Assembly (NCBI GenBank): GCA_963756875.1
Contig: CAVWPA010000003.1
Span: 576,001-640,000 of the forward strand
Origin: an uncultured Verrucomicrobiae bacterium
Lineage (GTDB): Bacteria > Verrucomicrobiota > Verrucomicrobiia > Chthoniobacterales > UBA10450
Reading direction: 5' to 3'
Length of the DNA stretch: 64,000 nucleotides
Shown here: one piece after another, positions 29,590 through 39,789 of the stretch
Numbering within the stretch: position 1 is the first letter of the stretch
Layout: every line of letters begins with the position of its first letter
Translations under genes and position numbers: made by a program
Notes under the pieces: generated by a model
Told to the model about the DNA's origin: nothing
Databases searched by the model: none
The model's input: only the letters and a program-made list of their open reading frames with translations

Positions 29590-29747
29590 GCGTCCGGTGT
29601 AGAGGCGGCTGTGTCAGCCGCAACATTACCCTCAGACTTGCGCGTGAGGACACGCGCCCCTACACAAGATGCCCTTTTTCTCGATTCGCGGGTCGCGGAT
29701 TGATCTTAGCGCCTTCCGGCGAATCGGTCGGCGAAGCCGCAAACCTT

Positions 29748-29805
29748 GGTAGGGACGCCGCGCCGCGGCGTCCGCTTCCGGACATCGCAGCGCGATGTCC
29801 CTGCC
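29748..29805. repeat. GTAG-type REP doublet
   Basis: GGTAGGGACGCCGCGCCGCGGCGTCC...GGACATCGCAGCGCGATGTCCCTGCC. Confidence 0.8.
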
Positions 29806-29899
29806 ACCCACTGATCTCCGACCTCGCACTTCCGACATCCGTTTTCTACTGGAAAAACAGTCAACCTTGCCCGAGAGTATTCGGCTGAGGTTTTTTGCT

Positions 29900-31903
29900 T
29901 TGCCAGAGAACAAACCGAATCCAACTGCAACAACAAAGTCAGCCGTGCCGGACGGCGCACGGGAGTCCGCTGCACCGTCTTCAGACCGCCAGTCCGGCTC
30001 GGACAGGGCCGATCTTCGCCCCGAGTTCATCCACGACGCCGTAATCCGCCTGGCCGGCAATTCGCAGGACGGCATCCAAACCGCCGGCGCATTTCTCGCC
30101 CGGCTCGCCGGACGCAGCGCGCAGGAAGTCATGACTTACATGACCATTCCGGCCACGATTTCCGGCGGCCCCTCGATTTTCCAGGTCCGTATCGGAACCG
30201 GCGAGGTGCTTTCCTCGGGCGACGAAGCCGATTTTCTTGTCGCGTTTTATCAACACAGTTACGAGGACCACATCGACTTTTTGAAGGAAGGCGGCGTGCT
30301 CCTTTACGATTCCGATAACGTCCAGCCGAACCTCGACGACAAACGTTTCGTGTATGTGGGCGTGCCGATTACCGGGCTCACCATCGAAGCGCTCGGCGGC
30401 ACCGCCAAGGACAAGGGCAAAAACATTTTCGTTCTCGGATTGATCGCAAAAATTTTCAGCCTCGACGTCGAAAAACTGAAACGCATCATCACCGAAAAAT
30501 TCGCCGGCAAAGACGAAAGCATCGTCAACACCGCGATGATGGCGTTCCAGTCCGGGTACGCTTATCCGGTCGGAAAAATCCTGACACACCATTATCAATT
30601 CGAAAAAGTCGAGAAACCCGGCGGCCGCGCCCAGATCACCATGGACGGCAACCAGGCGCTCGCCTACGGACTCATCGCTGCCGGCGTCCGTTACGGCGCC
30701 GGTTATCCCATTACGCCCTGGTCGTCGGTCATGGAGGTGCTTCGGAGCGAGTTCCCGAAATACGGCGGACTTTTTGTCCAGGCTGAGGACGAGCTCGGCG
30801 CCGTATCGATCGCGCTCGGCTTTTCGTATTCCGGATATCTCGCCGTGACCGGCAGCGCCGGCCCGGGCATTTCGTTGAAGACCGAGGCGATCGGTTGGGC
30901 GTCGATGGCCGAGATCCCGATCATTATTTGCAACATCCAGCGGGGCGGCCCGAGCACCGGTCTGCCGACCAACGTCGAGCAGAGCGATTTGCATCAGGCG
31001 ATTTACGGCGGGCACGGCGACAGTCCGCGCGTCGTGCTGGCCGCGAAAACCGTGGAAGACTGTTTTTACACCGCCATCGAAGCGGCGCGGATCGCGCGCA
31101 AATACAGCACACCCGTTTTCATTTTGAGCGATGCCTCTCTGGCCACGCGGATCGAAGCGTTCGACGAGCCGGACCTTTCCAAATTAATGCAGGACCCGAA
31201 ACCCGATCTGACTCCGCGGCAGACATTCAAACCGTACCCGCTCGATGCCATCACGCAGCACATCCCGCCGGGAACACGGGTCCTCGATGAAAAATATCCG
31301 CTGCTCTCCGGGCTCGAGCACGACGAGATGGGCCATCCGACCGGCAATCCGAAGGTGCACATGGCCATGACGGCCAAGCGCCGGAACAAATTGCGCAAGC
31401 TGGCCGAAGAAATTCCGGTCCCGGAAGTGTACGGCGACCAGGAAGGCGACACGCTGCTCGTCGGCTGGGGATCGACCTACGGTCCAATCCACGACGCGGT
31501 GACCATGGCACGCGAGCAGGGGAAGAAAGTCGGGTCGATTCATTTCCGTCATCTGCATCCGTTGCCGAACGGGCTCGAAAAGATCTTCGCCAAATTCAAG
31601 CGCGTGGTGGTGGTGGAGATGAACGACCAGGGCGTTTATGGGTTTGGCCAGTTCGCCACGATTTTGCGTGCGCGCTATTGCGAACCAAAGATCGAAAGCT
31701 TCACCAAGACCGACGGCCTAACCTTCCGCGTAAAAGAAATTCTCCAGGGCGTCTTCCCGGATTGGGCTGGTAGGGACGCCGCGCTGCGGCGTCCGCCTTC
31801 TTCGCCGAATGGAGAAAAAACTGTAGAGGCAGAAAATCGCCACTCCGGCTCGGAGCCGGCCGCGCGGGAGAAGTCCGCGAAGCAAGGAGCAAGGAGCGCC
31901 TGA
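29900..31903 (+). CDS. 2-oxoacid:ferredoxin oxidoreductase alpha subunit (KorA-type, gamma+alpha fusion); start uncertain
   Basis: IRLAGNSQDGIQ, GNQALAYG, GYPITP, QAEDE, SAGPGISLK, QRGGPSTGLPT, VGWGST. Confidence 0.92.
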   Translation: MPENKPNPTATTKSAVPDGARESAAPSSDRQSGSDRADLRPEFIHDAVIRLAGNSQDGIQTAGAFLARLAGRSAQEVMTYMTIPATISGGPSIFQVRIGTGEVLSSGDEADFLVAFYQHSYEDHIDFLKEGGVLLYDSDNVQPNLDDKRFVYVGVPITGLTIEALGGTAKDKGKNIFVLGLIAKIFSLDVEKLKRIITEKFAGKDESIVNTAMMAFQSGYAYPVGKILTHHYQFEKVEKPGGRAQITMDGNQALAYGLIAAGVRYGAGYPITPWSSVMEVLRSEFPKYGGLFVQAEDELGAVSIALGFSYSGYLAVTGSAGPGISLKTEAIGWASMAEIPIIICNIQRGGPSTGLPTNVEQSDLHQAIYGGHGDSPRVVLAAKTVEDCFYTAIEAARIARKYSTPVFILSDASLATRIEAFDEPDLSKLMQDPKPDLTPRQTFKPYPLDAITQHIPPGTRVLDEKYPLLSGLEHDEMGHPTGNPKVHMAMTAKRRNKLRKLAEEIPVPEVYGDQEGDTLLVGWGSTYGPIHDAVTMAREQGKKVGSIHFRHLHPLPNGLEKIFAKFKRVVVVEMNDQGVYGFGQFATILRARYCEPKIESFTKTDGLTFRVKEILQGVFPDWAGRDAALRRPPSSPNGEKTVEAENRHSGSEPAAREKSAKQGARSA

Positions 31904-31912
31904 TATGAACGG

Positions 31913-32050
31913 AAAACGCCCAACGCTCAACGCCGAACGCCCAACGTCAAAGTCAGAAGGGGCAACCGCCGTTGCCGTCTCGGCGGCAACTCTCACAAAC
32001 AGATTTTCTGAATTGAGCGTTGGGCGTTGGACGTTCGGCGTTGGACGTTT
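31913..32050. repeat. Inverted AACGYCN heptamer arrays between the alpha and beta subunit genes
   Basis: AACGCCC AACGCTC AACGCCG AACGCCC AACGTCA ... TTGAGCG TTGGGCG TTGGACG TTCGGCG TTGGACG. Confidence 0.85.
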
Positions 32051-32073
32051 GCTTTCAAAGGAGCGCAATTAAC

Positions 32074-33027
32074 ATGAGTGAATCCGCAACAGCTACACCA
32101 ACCGCCACTCCGGCATCGGAGCCGCGCGAAAAATTAACCAAAAAAGCGATAACGGCCGATCATCCCACCTGGTGCCCCGGTTGTGGAGATTTCGCCGTCC
32201 TGGCCTCCTATTACAAAGTCCTCGAGAAACGCCAGATCGAGCACGAAAAGATCGTCACCCTGGCCGGGATCGGTTGTTCCTCGCGGTTTCCCTATTTCGT
32301 CAACGGCTTCGGCGCGCACTTCATTCACGGCCGCGCCGTTCCGCTGGCCAGTGGGATCAGTCTGGCCCGGCCCGATCTGAACGTGTTCCTGTTCGGCGGC
32401 GACGGCGACGGCTTCTCCATTGGCGGCAACCATCTCAATCACGGCGCGCGCAAGAACATCAACATGGTCTACTTCATCATGGACAACTTCGTCTATGGCC
32501 TGACCAAGAAACAGACCTCGCCCACGTCGCCCATCGGGTTCAAGAGCAAGACCGATCCCACCGGCGCCATCGATCAACCGGTCAACCCGATGAAACAGCT
32601 GATCGCGGCCGGGGCGACATTCATCGCCCGGACGCACGCCGCGCAGGTCAACCACATGATCCAGATGATCGAGCGCGCCATGGACCATCCCGGGTTCAGC
32701 GTCATCGAATGTTTGAGTGAATGCGTCGAATTTTATCCCGGCGCATTCGACCCGGCCAACCCGCGCAAAGGCGGCGCGTTCGAGCTGATCCAGGAAAAGA
32801 AATACGACAACACCCCCGAAGACGAGCTCCGCCACGACGTCACGGATGAATTAGCAGCCTACAAACTCGCCCAACTCCCATTCCCCGGCGTGTTCGGAGT
32901 GTTTTATCAAAACGACAGGCCGACCAAAAACGCACTCGAGAAAAAGTGGATCGAAAGTTCGCGCGAGAAGACCGGCAACGCCTCGGATCTCCAATTACTG
33001 CAAAAAACGTTCGATCGCCTGAAGTAA
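32074..33027 (+). CDS. 2-oxoacid:ferredoxin oxidoreductase beta subunit (TPP-binding, KorB-type)
   Basis: TWCPGCGD, GIGCSSR, HGRA, GGDGDGFSIG, DNFVYGLTKKQTSPT; AAGGAG RBS before ATG 32074. Confidence 0.94.
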   Translation: MSESATATPTATPASEPREKLTKKAITADHPTWCPGCGDFAVLASYYKVLEKRQIEHEKIVTLAGIGCSSRFPYFVNGFGAHFIHGRAVPLASGISLARPDLNVFLFGGDGDGFSIGGNHLNHGARKNINMVYFIMDNFVYGLTKKQTSPTSPIGFKSKTDPTGAIDQPVNPMKQLIAAGATFIARTHAAQVNHMIQMIERAMDHPGFSVIECLSECVEFYPGAFDPANPRKGGAFELIQEKKYDNTPEDELRHDVTDELAAYKLAQLPFPGVFGVFYQNDRPTKNALEKKWIESSREKTGNASDLQLLQKTFDRLK

Positions 33028-33282
33028 GATCGAACGTCAATCCGACTCTCAACAACCTGTCGCGCCGGAGCCAGAAAGGCGGATCAACTATCAACACTCA
33101 ACTTTCAGACTGACCGCATGAAGTGACTGGGGAGCGGTCGCCGCGGCGACCTGTCTTGGCGTCCTCGCCGAACACCCTCTTCTGTAGCGGCAGCCGTGTC
33201 GGCTGCAACCGTACCAGCCTAAAAGTCTGTTAACGGATAACAATTAACTTCTAACCGATAACTCCGCGCAGGCCCCCGCGGT

Positions 33283-34839
33283 TCAGACTCCGGGAACGAC
33301 CGTAGTCTCTTCCATTTCCTCAGGCGTTATCTCGGCCTTGTCGGTGATCAGCTTGCGCAGGAACGGAATGAGCAGGACGAGCGCGATGCCGACCACGAGG
33401 CTGCCCGCGCCGAGTGCGCCGAAGAGCTTCGCATACTCAGGGTTGGTCACGATCGCCGTGGTGCCCTTCGGCTCGGGGATCATGCCCGAGAAGTCGCCCG
33501 CGAAGAGTGACGCGAGGCCTGTCATCAGCATCCAGCTGCCCATCATTATCCCCTGATACTGCTTCGGCGCGAGCTTGCCGATCATCGCGTATCCGATCGG
33601 AGAGATGAGCAACTCGCCGATGCTCTGCAGCACATAACTCATGAACAACCACACGAACGCGCTCTTGCCGTCAACGCCGGCCAGCTTGATGCCTACCGGG
33701 AGAATGAGAAAGCCCAGCGCCATCAAGGTCAGCGACGTTGCAAACTGCTTCGGGATGTCGATCCTCCATCCGCGCGCGCGCATCCGGGTAAACAACGCCG
33801 CGAGAATTGGTCCGCCGACCACGATGCAGACGGTGTTGATGTTCTGAATCCACTGCGGCTGAATTCTTACCTTGCCGATCATCAGGTTGACGTTGTGGAC
33901 CGCGAACAGCATCAGGCCGCTCGGTGCCATTTGATACAGCGACCAGAACGCCAGCGAGCCGGTGGTCAGAATCAGATACGCCGTCATGTTCCGCCGCTCT
34001 CGGCGATCCGGGTGGCGGACCGTGAGATAGATGAGCGTCAGCGCGACCGCGCCGCAGATCCCCTTGACGAGCGTCTCGGTCCCGCCGGGCCTCTGGAGCA
34101 AGAACCACACGACCGGTATGAGACCGAGGAGAATGCCGATGCCGGCGAGCAGGCGCAGCCGGAATTGCTTCGACGTCGCCTCGAGTAGTGGCGTGTTGCG
34201 GTCGGCCAGCGTCTTCCACGAAAACAGGGCGAGGATGATGGAGACGAAGTTGCCGAGCGTCGCGAAGATGAAAAGGCTTGCGTAGCTCTCGGTCCCCTGG
34301 AAGTAACCGGCGACAGCGAACCCGACGAAGAACCCGACGTTCATGCCGGCGTAGTTCCAGAGGAAAGCACCTTCGCGGCGCGGGTCCTCCGAGGTAAAGC
34401 GCTGCGTCAGCATCATGTTGATGCAGGTGACGTTCAGGCCGCTGCCGGTGAGGAAAAAGGCGAGGCCGATGTAGAACATCGCCGCCGTGCCGACCGCAAT
34501 GCACCCGCAACCGATGACCTGCACCGCCATGCCCCCGACGAAGAGATTCCGGTTCGAGAGAAAACGCCCGCCCAGGTAACCGCCGAAGAGATGCAGACCG
34601 TAGTTGAAAGCGCCGAACACGCCCATCAACGCGGTTGCCAGCTTCACCGAGAGCTGCAGATGCTTCGTCGCGTAGAGGACCAGCGTCGAATAAAGGACGG
34701 CGAAGCCGAGCGTCGCGAAGATCTGAATAAAGAACAGCACAGCCGTTCCCTCCGGAGCCGCGGCGAACCGGCGTTTGATAAAATTGACGGGGTTCGTCCG
34801 CCCGCGAACCTCGCCCTCCGGGTGACCTTTAGTTGTCAT
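33283..34839 (-). CDS. POT-family oligopeptide:H+ symporter (MFS)
   Basis: Many TM segments; DPRREGAFLWNYAGMNVG, GELLISPIG...KLAP...MMGSW. Confidence 0.88.
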   Translation of the reverse strand: MTTKGHPEGEVRGRTNPVNFIKRRFAAAPEGTAVLFFIQIFATLGFAVLYSTLVLYATKHLQLSVKLATALMGVFGAFNYGLHLFGGYLGGRFLSNRNLFVGGMAVQVIGCGCIAVGTAAMFYIGLAFFLTGSGLNVTCINMMLTQRFTSEDPRREGAFLWNYAGMNVGFFVGFAVAGYFQGTESYASLFIFATLGNFVSIILALFSWKTLADRNTPLLEATSKQFRLRLLAGIGILLGLIPVVWFLLQRPGGTETLVKGICGAVALTLIYLTVRHPDRRERRNMTAYLILTTGSLAFWSLYQMAPSGLMLFAVHNVNLMIGKVRIQPQWIQNINTVCIVVGGPILAALFTRMRARGWRIDIPKQFATSLTLMALGFLILPVGIKLAGVDGKSAFVWLFMSYVLQSIGELLISPIGYAMIGKLAPKQYQGIMMGSWMLMTGLASLFAGDFSGMIPEPKGTTAIVTNPEYAKLFGALGAGSLVVGIALVLLIPFLRKLITDKAEITPEEMEETTVVPGV

Positions 34840-35042
34840 CTACCCGAGCGCTCCCGCTTGAACTCGTGTTCATCCGGCCGCCATTTGGACTGCGACCCCG
34901 AACAATGTCAAGACCTCCGACGGAACGTGTCGACTGGTAAGCTCACTCGATCCTCGATTCCGTAGAGGGCGTGGCTCAAAGTTGAGGGTTGTCGTTTTTT
35001 TTGCCATTAGTCGCCGAGAGCTGTCTTGACTGTAATTATCAC

Positions 35043-35082
35043 TTGATATGTGAACGCTGTTTAGTATAATGAACAGCGTTTA
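35043..35082 (+). promoter_or_regulatory. Sigma-70-type promoter overlapped by a TetR operator
   Basis: TTGATA-N16-TATAAT; inverted repeat AACGCTGTT-N10-AACAGCGTT straddles the -10 box just before the TetR ATG. Confidence 0.75.
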
Positions 35083-35705
35083 TGAAAGCGAGAGCGAGAC
35101 GACAACGTTACCGGCAGGAGATGCGCTCTGAAATCCTGAACGCAGCCCGGGAAATCTTCGTGCGGAGTGGCCTCGAAGGATTTTCCATGCGAACCCTCGC
35201 CCGCTCCGTCGGCTATTCGCCCGCCGCGATTTATCTGCACTTTAAGAGCAAAGAAGAGCTCTTCGACATCCTGGTCGAGGAAAGCTTCGTCTCATTGTAC
35301 GATGCGCTTGGTATCTTGCTAAAAGAACGAGGCAAGGATCCGGTGCGGCAATTGAAGCGCGGGTTGCGGCTCTATGTGGAATGGGGATTGAAACAACCCA
35401 GCGCCTACCAAATCGCTTTCATCATCCGAAATCCTGCGAAGAAGCCGTACCGGACTCATCGCGCATTCGATCTTGCCCGCGCCCTGGTGAAACTTTGCCT
35501 GGGCAGATCCAAGGCAGCCGAGCACGAATTGGAATTGCGTACCCAGGCGCTGTGGGCCGCCACGCACGGCATCACCTCTCTTCTCATACAGAGATCCTCT
35601 TTTCCCTGGGTCTCGAAGCAACGCCTGATCGATCAGGTAATCGACAGCGCCGTGCAAGGGGCAATCGCTCCAATGAAGCGACGAAAATTAAACGGGAAAA
35701 ATTAG
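35082..35705 (+). CDS. TetR/AcrR family transcriptional regulator
   Basis: ILNAAREIF..SMRTLARSVGYSPAAIYLHFKSKEEL; WHG-like C-domain LWAATHGITSL. Confidence 0.93.
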   Translation: MKARARRQRYRQEMRSEILNAAREIFVRSGLEGFSMRTLARSVGYSPAAIYLHFKSKEELFDILVEESFVSLYDALGILLKERGKDPVRQLKRGLRLYVEWGLKQPSAYQIAFIIRNPAKKPYRTHRAFDLARALVKLCLGRSKAAEHELELRTQALWAATHGITSLLIQRSSFPWVSKQRLIDQVIDSAVQGAIAPMKRRKLNGKN

Positions 35706-35715
35706 GAGGGCACCT

Positions 35716-37239
35716 ATGCAAACAAAATTCGAAACCCCTGCAAAAAAATCCGAGGCAGCGCGAGCTGGATCCTGGATTCCTTTAGTTGTCGCGATTGTTC
35801 TTCTGCCATTTGCCAACGGAGCAAACGCCATCGCGCTGGCCGCATGGTTGGCGCCGCTCTTTTTGCTGCGATTTGCTCGAAGGCAGAGGATCATTGTCGG
35901 TATTCCCTTTGTTCTGGCCGTGCAAGTTGCCGCGCTCGCGTTCCAGTATCGCGGAATGGTGCCGTTTCCGACGGCTCTCTACGTGGCCGTGATGGTCTTT
36001 TATGGGCTGTGTTTCACTCTGCCCTATCTGGGCGACCGTCTCCTGGCGCGCCGGCTCTCCGTCTTTTCGGGCACGCTCGTTTTCCCGCTGATCTGGACAA
36101 CAATAGAATATCTCCTGTCTTTTGGACCGTTCGGAAGCTGGTTTGCGACGGCCTATTCGCAGTACGGTAACCTGGCACTGCTCCAAATGCTTTCGGTCAC
36201 CGGCCTCTGGGGTGTCACATTCCTGATCGGATGGACGGCCGCGACGGGAAATGCGTTGTGGGAAGAGTGGGCCACTGCGCGACGCGTCCCGCGGGTTGCG
36301 ATATGGTGCGCTTTGCTTGTCATCATCACGATGCTCGCGGGTGGTGCGCGTCTTGCCCTCTTCCCACCTGGAGGAGAAACCGTCCGGGTGGCCACCCTTT
36401 CACGGATCGAGGGCAAATTGCATCCTGATCCGAAAGTCGTCGGGCGCATGTTCCACCACGAACCACTCACCCCTGAAGAAATTGCGACGATTCGGCAAAA
36501 CTCCGCTGCGATTGACAACGACTTGTTGAAGCGAAGCGAGGGCGAAGCAAAAGCTGGGGCCCGCATCATTTTCTGGGGTGAGGCGAATGCACCGGTGCTG
36601 AAGGAGGATGAGAACGATCTGATCCGGCGTGGCGGGATCCTGGCGAAGCGCGATGGCGTGTATCTCGGAATAACGCTTGCCAGCTGGCATCTGGAAACAA
36701 CGCCGTCTCTCGAAAACAAGATCGTTCTCATTCAACCCGATGGCAGTCCTGCTTGGGAATTTTTTAAAGCCCATCCGGTGCCAGGTGGGGAAGCGGCGAT
36801 CTCCATTCGGGGCGATGGAAAGTTACGCGCACTTGATACTCCCTACGGGCGGCTGAGTTCGGTAATCTGTTTCGACGCCGATTTTCCTCAGCTCCTCGGA
36901 CAGGCGGGACGACTGGGAACCGACATAATGCTCGATCCGTCTAACGATTGGAAAGCGATCGACCCGTGGCATACGAGGATGGCTAGTTTTCGAGCAATCG
37001 AACAGGGGTTCAACCTCGTCCGGCACACGAGCCAGGGTCTCTCTGCCGCTTTCGACTACCAAGGTCGACAGCTGGCATCGATGGATCACTACCACACCAC
37101 CGATCACGTCCTCGTAGCACAGGTTCCAACTCGCGGAACGCGGACTCTCTACGCGCTGATTGGAGACTGGTTTGCCTGGGCTTGCCTGGTTGGGCTAACA
37201 GGTCTGGTCATCTTGGGAGCAAAAAATCGCGCTCTCTGA
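35716..37239 (+). CDS. Apolipoprotein N-acyltransferase (Lnt)-like membrane carbon-nitrogen hydrolase
   Basis: N-terminal TMs, SVTGLWGVTFL, nitrilase triad E (WGEA), K (FKAHPVP), C (ICFDADF), FRAIEQG; AGGAGG RBS. Confidence 0.85.
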   Translation: MQTKFETPAKKSEAARAGSWIPLVVAIVLLPFANGANAIALAAWLAPLFLLRFARRQRIIVGIPFVLAVQVAALAFQYRGMVPFPTALYVAVMVFYGLCFTLPYLGDRLLARRLSVFSGTLVFPLIWTTIEYLLSFGPFGSWFATAYSQYGNLALLQMLSVTGLWGVTFLIGWTAATGNALWEEWATARRVPRVAIWCALLVIITMLAGGARLALFPPGGETVRVATLSRIEGKLHPDPKVVGRMFHHEPLTPEEIATIRQNSAAIDNDLLKRSEGEAKAGARIIFWGEANAPVLKEDENDLIRRGGILAKRDGVYLGITLASWHLETTPSLENKIVLIQPDGSPAWEFFKAHPVPGGEAAISIRGDGKLRALDTPYGRLSSVICFDADFPQLLGQAGRLGTDIMLDPSNDWKAIDPWHTRMASFRAIEQGFNLVRHTSQGLSAAFDYQGRQLASMDHYHTTDHVLVAQVPTRGTRTLYALIGDWFAWACLVGLTGLVILGAKNRAL

Positions 37240-37309
37240 CCTCCGACCGCTGACCTCTGCTTCCGCTCGCCACCTCATGCAATGTCAACCCGCTTTTGGT
37301 TCCAAGCCG

Positions 37310-38333
37310 TTAGACCACGACTTGCGCGTCGGAGGCTTGAAAGGTGGATGAAGGAACGTGCGAGTTGCAGTGGGTCACAATTCCGCACCATTTCATCGCG
37401 CAAATGATCCAATAAGGAAGTGTCTACCTCCCACCACCGCAGACCACTACGCGCGAGACGCGGATAATTGTGATGATTTTCGTGCCATTCACCGGCGAGG
37501 AGTCCGTAAAAGATTTGATTCACCGGATGTCCGTGTTTGCCGGTGGCGCCATGCATCGCGCTGTGACCGCGGTAATTAAAATCACGCAGGAGAAACACAC
37601 AGAAAAACACGCCCGAAATCCACGCCCATACTCCCCACCATCCGGCCACGGCGAAGGCAAGCCCGCCCCAGAATAAATGCGCGAACACGGCGCGAGCGAG
37701 ATAGATCCAGACGTTTTCGATCGAACCCGTGCGTCGATATTGTTCGTGCGAACTGCTGATGATCCCGATGTGTCCAAGGCTTTTCGCCAGCCGGTCAAAC
37801 TCGGCCGCGGTGAGGTTGCGATTTGTTTTCTGTTGCGTTTCGGTCGCGAGATAACTGCCGAGCCATCCGAGGTGCGGCCCGTACGGATCGCCCGGATCAT
37901 CCGGTTTCGCGTGATGAAGTCGATGAGGGATCACGTAGCTCTCCTCGCGAAAAGGAATCGGGTTCGTCCACAGGAAAAATCGCGCGCACCAGATGCTGCG
38001 GAACTTGAATGCCTGATGCGAACAGAAGCGGTGAAACCAAAGCGTATTGTAAATGGTTCCGACGAAGCTCGAGATCAGCAGGACCGCAGCGATGGAAGCG
38101 ATGGAAAAATGAGAAATAATTAGAAACCAGACAAACACCCCGAAACTCGCCAGGTGATAAAGCAGGTAGAGCGCGGGAATCAGGCGCGTTCGATCTTTCC
38201 AAAAACTGATCGCATCGAGCAACTCAGCCAGCACCTGCCGGGTCGTGGGCGTTTTGGGTGCCGGGCCTGGATGCCCGTAGGTCGGTTCGTCCAGGATCGC
38301 CTGTCGGTAAGTGGGATGTGCGTTCTCGCTCAA
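37310..38333 (-). CDS. Membrane fatty acid (acyl-CoA) desaturase; probable +1 frameshift at ~37421
   Basis: His boxes HRFCSH, HRLHH, HENHH. Removing one base after WWEVD gives DLPYWIICAMKWCG..., with a stop at 37310. Confidence 0.82.
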
Positions 38334-38847
38334 GATCGGGCCGCGTCAGCTAATAATAGACCACGTATGGAATGCGGTGGCCAGCCTCACCGGGGCTGCA
38401 GATGCTTCGTCGCTTACGGGATCAGCGTTGAGTAAAGAACGGCGAAACCTCCGTCCTCTGACCTCGCTCCCTGCTCCCTGCTCCGTGCTCCCGCCCGCCG
38501 CCCCCAGCAATGTCAGGCGGTTCGCAGGGTGCGAACTTTACGGCAGCGTTGGCAAGGAGCCAACTTTACGGCTGGACGGGGACGTGCTGGGGAGGGAGGC
38601 CGGGCACCGAATTGGGGAATTGCGGGAGGCCGCGAGCATTGTTTGCGAGCCGGTCTAGGGAAGCCGGCGACGCGGTTTGGGAAACCGAGCCGCTCTCTGT
38701 CCTCCGACCTCCTTGGGATCGAATGAAATGGGGTCGTGTCCCTCCTTCGCTTCCGGCACCTTTTTTGCTCGATTTTCCGCTGTAAAAAGCGCTGACACGG
38801 TCTACAAATTGCCTATACTATTAATGAGACATGTCGAATAAACAGTT

Positions 38848-39576
38848 TTGGACGAAAACAAACGCAGCCGTGCTAAAGGCAGTCCGATTATCGAAAGGAA
38901 AGGGCGACAGCGCTCTCCGACGGGACTGGAAATTGAAGCAGGTTTCGAGAAGTGGATCGCATTCGCACGTCAGCATCTCGGACGTTCGTACTCTTGGGAC
39001 GGGCCTTTCACGAACGATCTCGACCGAGTAAACGCCATCGATACTGAAACGGCGTTACTCCTCAAGATAGCGCCAGACTGGAGCGCGGAGGCATTCTACT
39101 CAGCTTGCACGGCGGCCAATCCCGACGTGACGAAAGGGTCGGAGCATTATGTAACGCGCTATCAAGACGGACTGTCTCCGCGCGTAGTGAAAGCTTCCAT
39201 CCCAGGGAAGTATGGGCGGCACGAGTATTCTCCGAGTCTGTACCTAAACTCTTGGCGACTGTTTCAACGATTCTTGCCGGCACTTGCGATTCGCGTCCAT
39301 GGCGTCCTCGTGCAGCCGGTAGCAGGGAAAGATACACCGTTGCCAAGCGTAGTCACCAGCATGCAGTACATCGAGGGCGGTCATCCGAAACCCCAGCAGA
39401 TTGCGGCGTACATGAAATCCCGCGGGTGGTTGGAATACACCGACCAAAGTGAAACGCAAGATTACGTTCAGAGACAGTCGCGTCAGATCATAAGGGATGC
39501 GCACCCGGGCAACTGGATTAAGCAGCGCGGAACTGCTGAGTTGATGCCAGTCGACATCAGCATCGAGCAGTTTTGA
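38848..39576 (+). CDS. Stand-alone kinase resembling the polyvalent-protein kinase family (Kinase-PolyVal-like)
   Basis: G.EH.V (GSEHYV), [19 protein letters not shown], catalytic-like RDAHPGN, PVD; start (TTG) uncertain. Confidence 0.65.
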   Translation: MDENKRSRAKGSPIIERKGRQRSPTGLEIEAGFEKWIAFARQHLGRSYSWDGPFTNDLDRVNAIDTETALLLKIAPDWSAEAFYSACTAANPDVTKGSEHYVTRYQDGLSPRVVKASIPGKYGRHEYSPSLYLNSWRLFQRFLPALAIRVHGVLVQPVAGKDTPLPSVVTSMQYIEGGHPKPQQIAAYMKSRGWLEYTDQSETQDYVQRQSRQIIRDAHPGNWIKQRGTAELMPVDISIEQF

Positions 39577-39596
39577 GGCTCAATGTCCACCACGTC

Positions 39597-39708
<112 letters not shown>

Positions 39709-39789
39709 CTTCCGTCCATTCGTCAGCGGAGACTTGTCAAGATTTGTTGACTGACCCCAATTCCAATTCATTTCGCTCCCATTCGGCAT

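Noticed and set aside
29981..31015. Long antisense or alternate-frame ORFs (e.g. 29981-31015, 26263-27240, 16161-17009, 60242-61072)
   Set aside because: Shadow ORFs of well-supported genes in GC-rich DNA, with no recognisable motifs.
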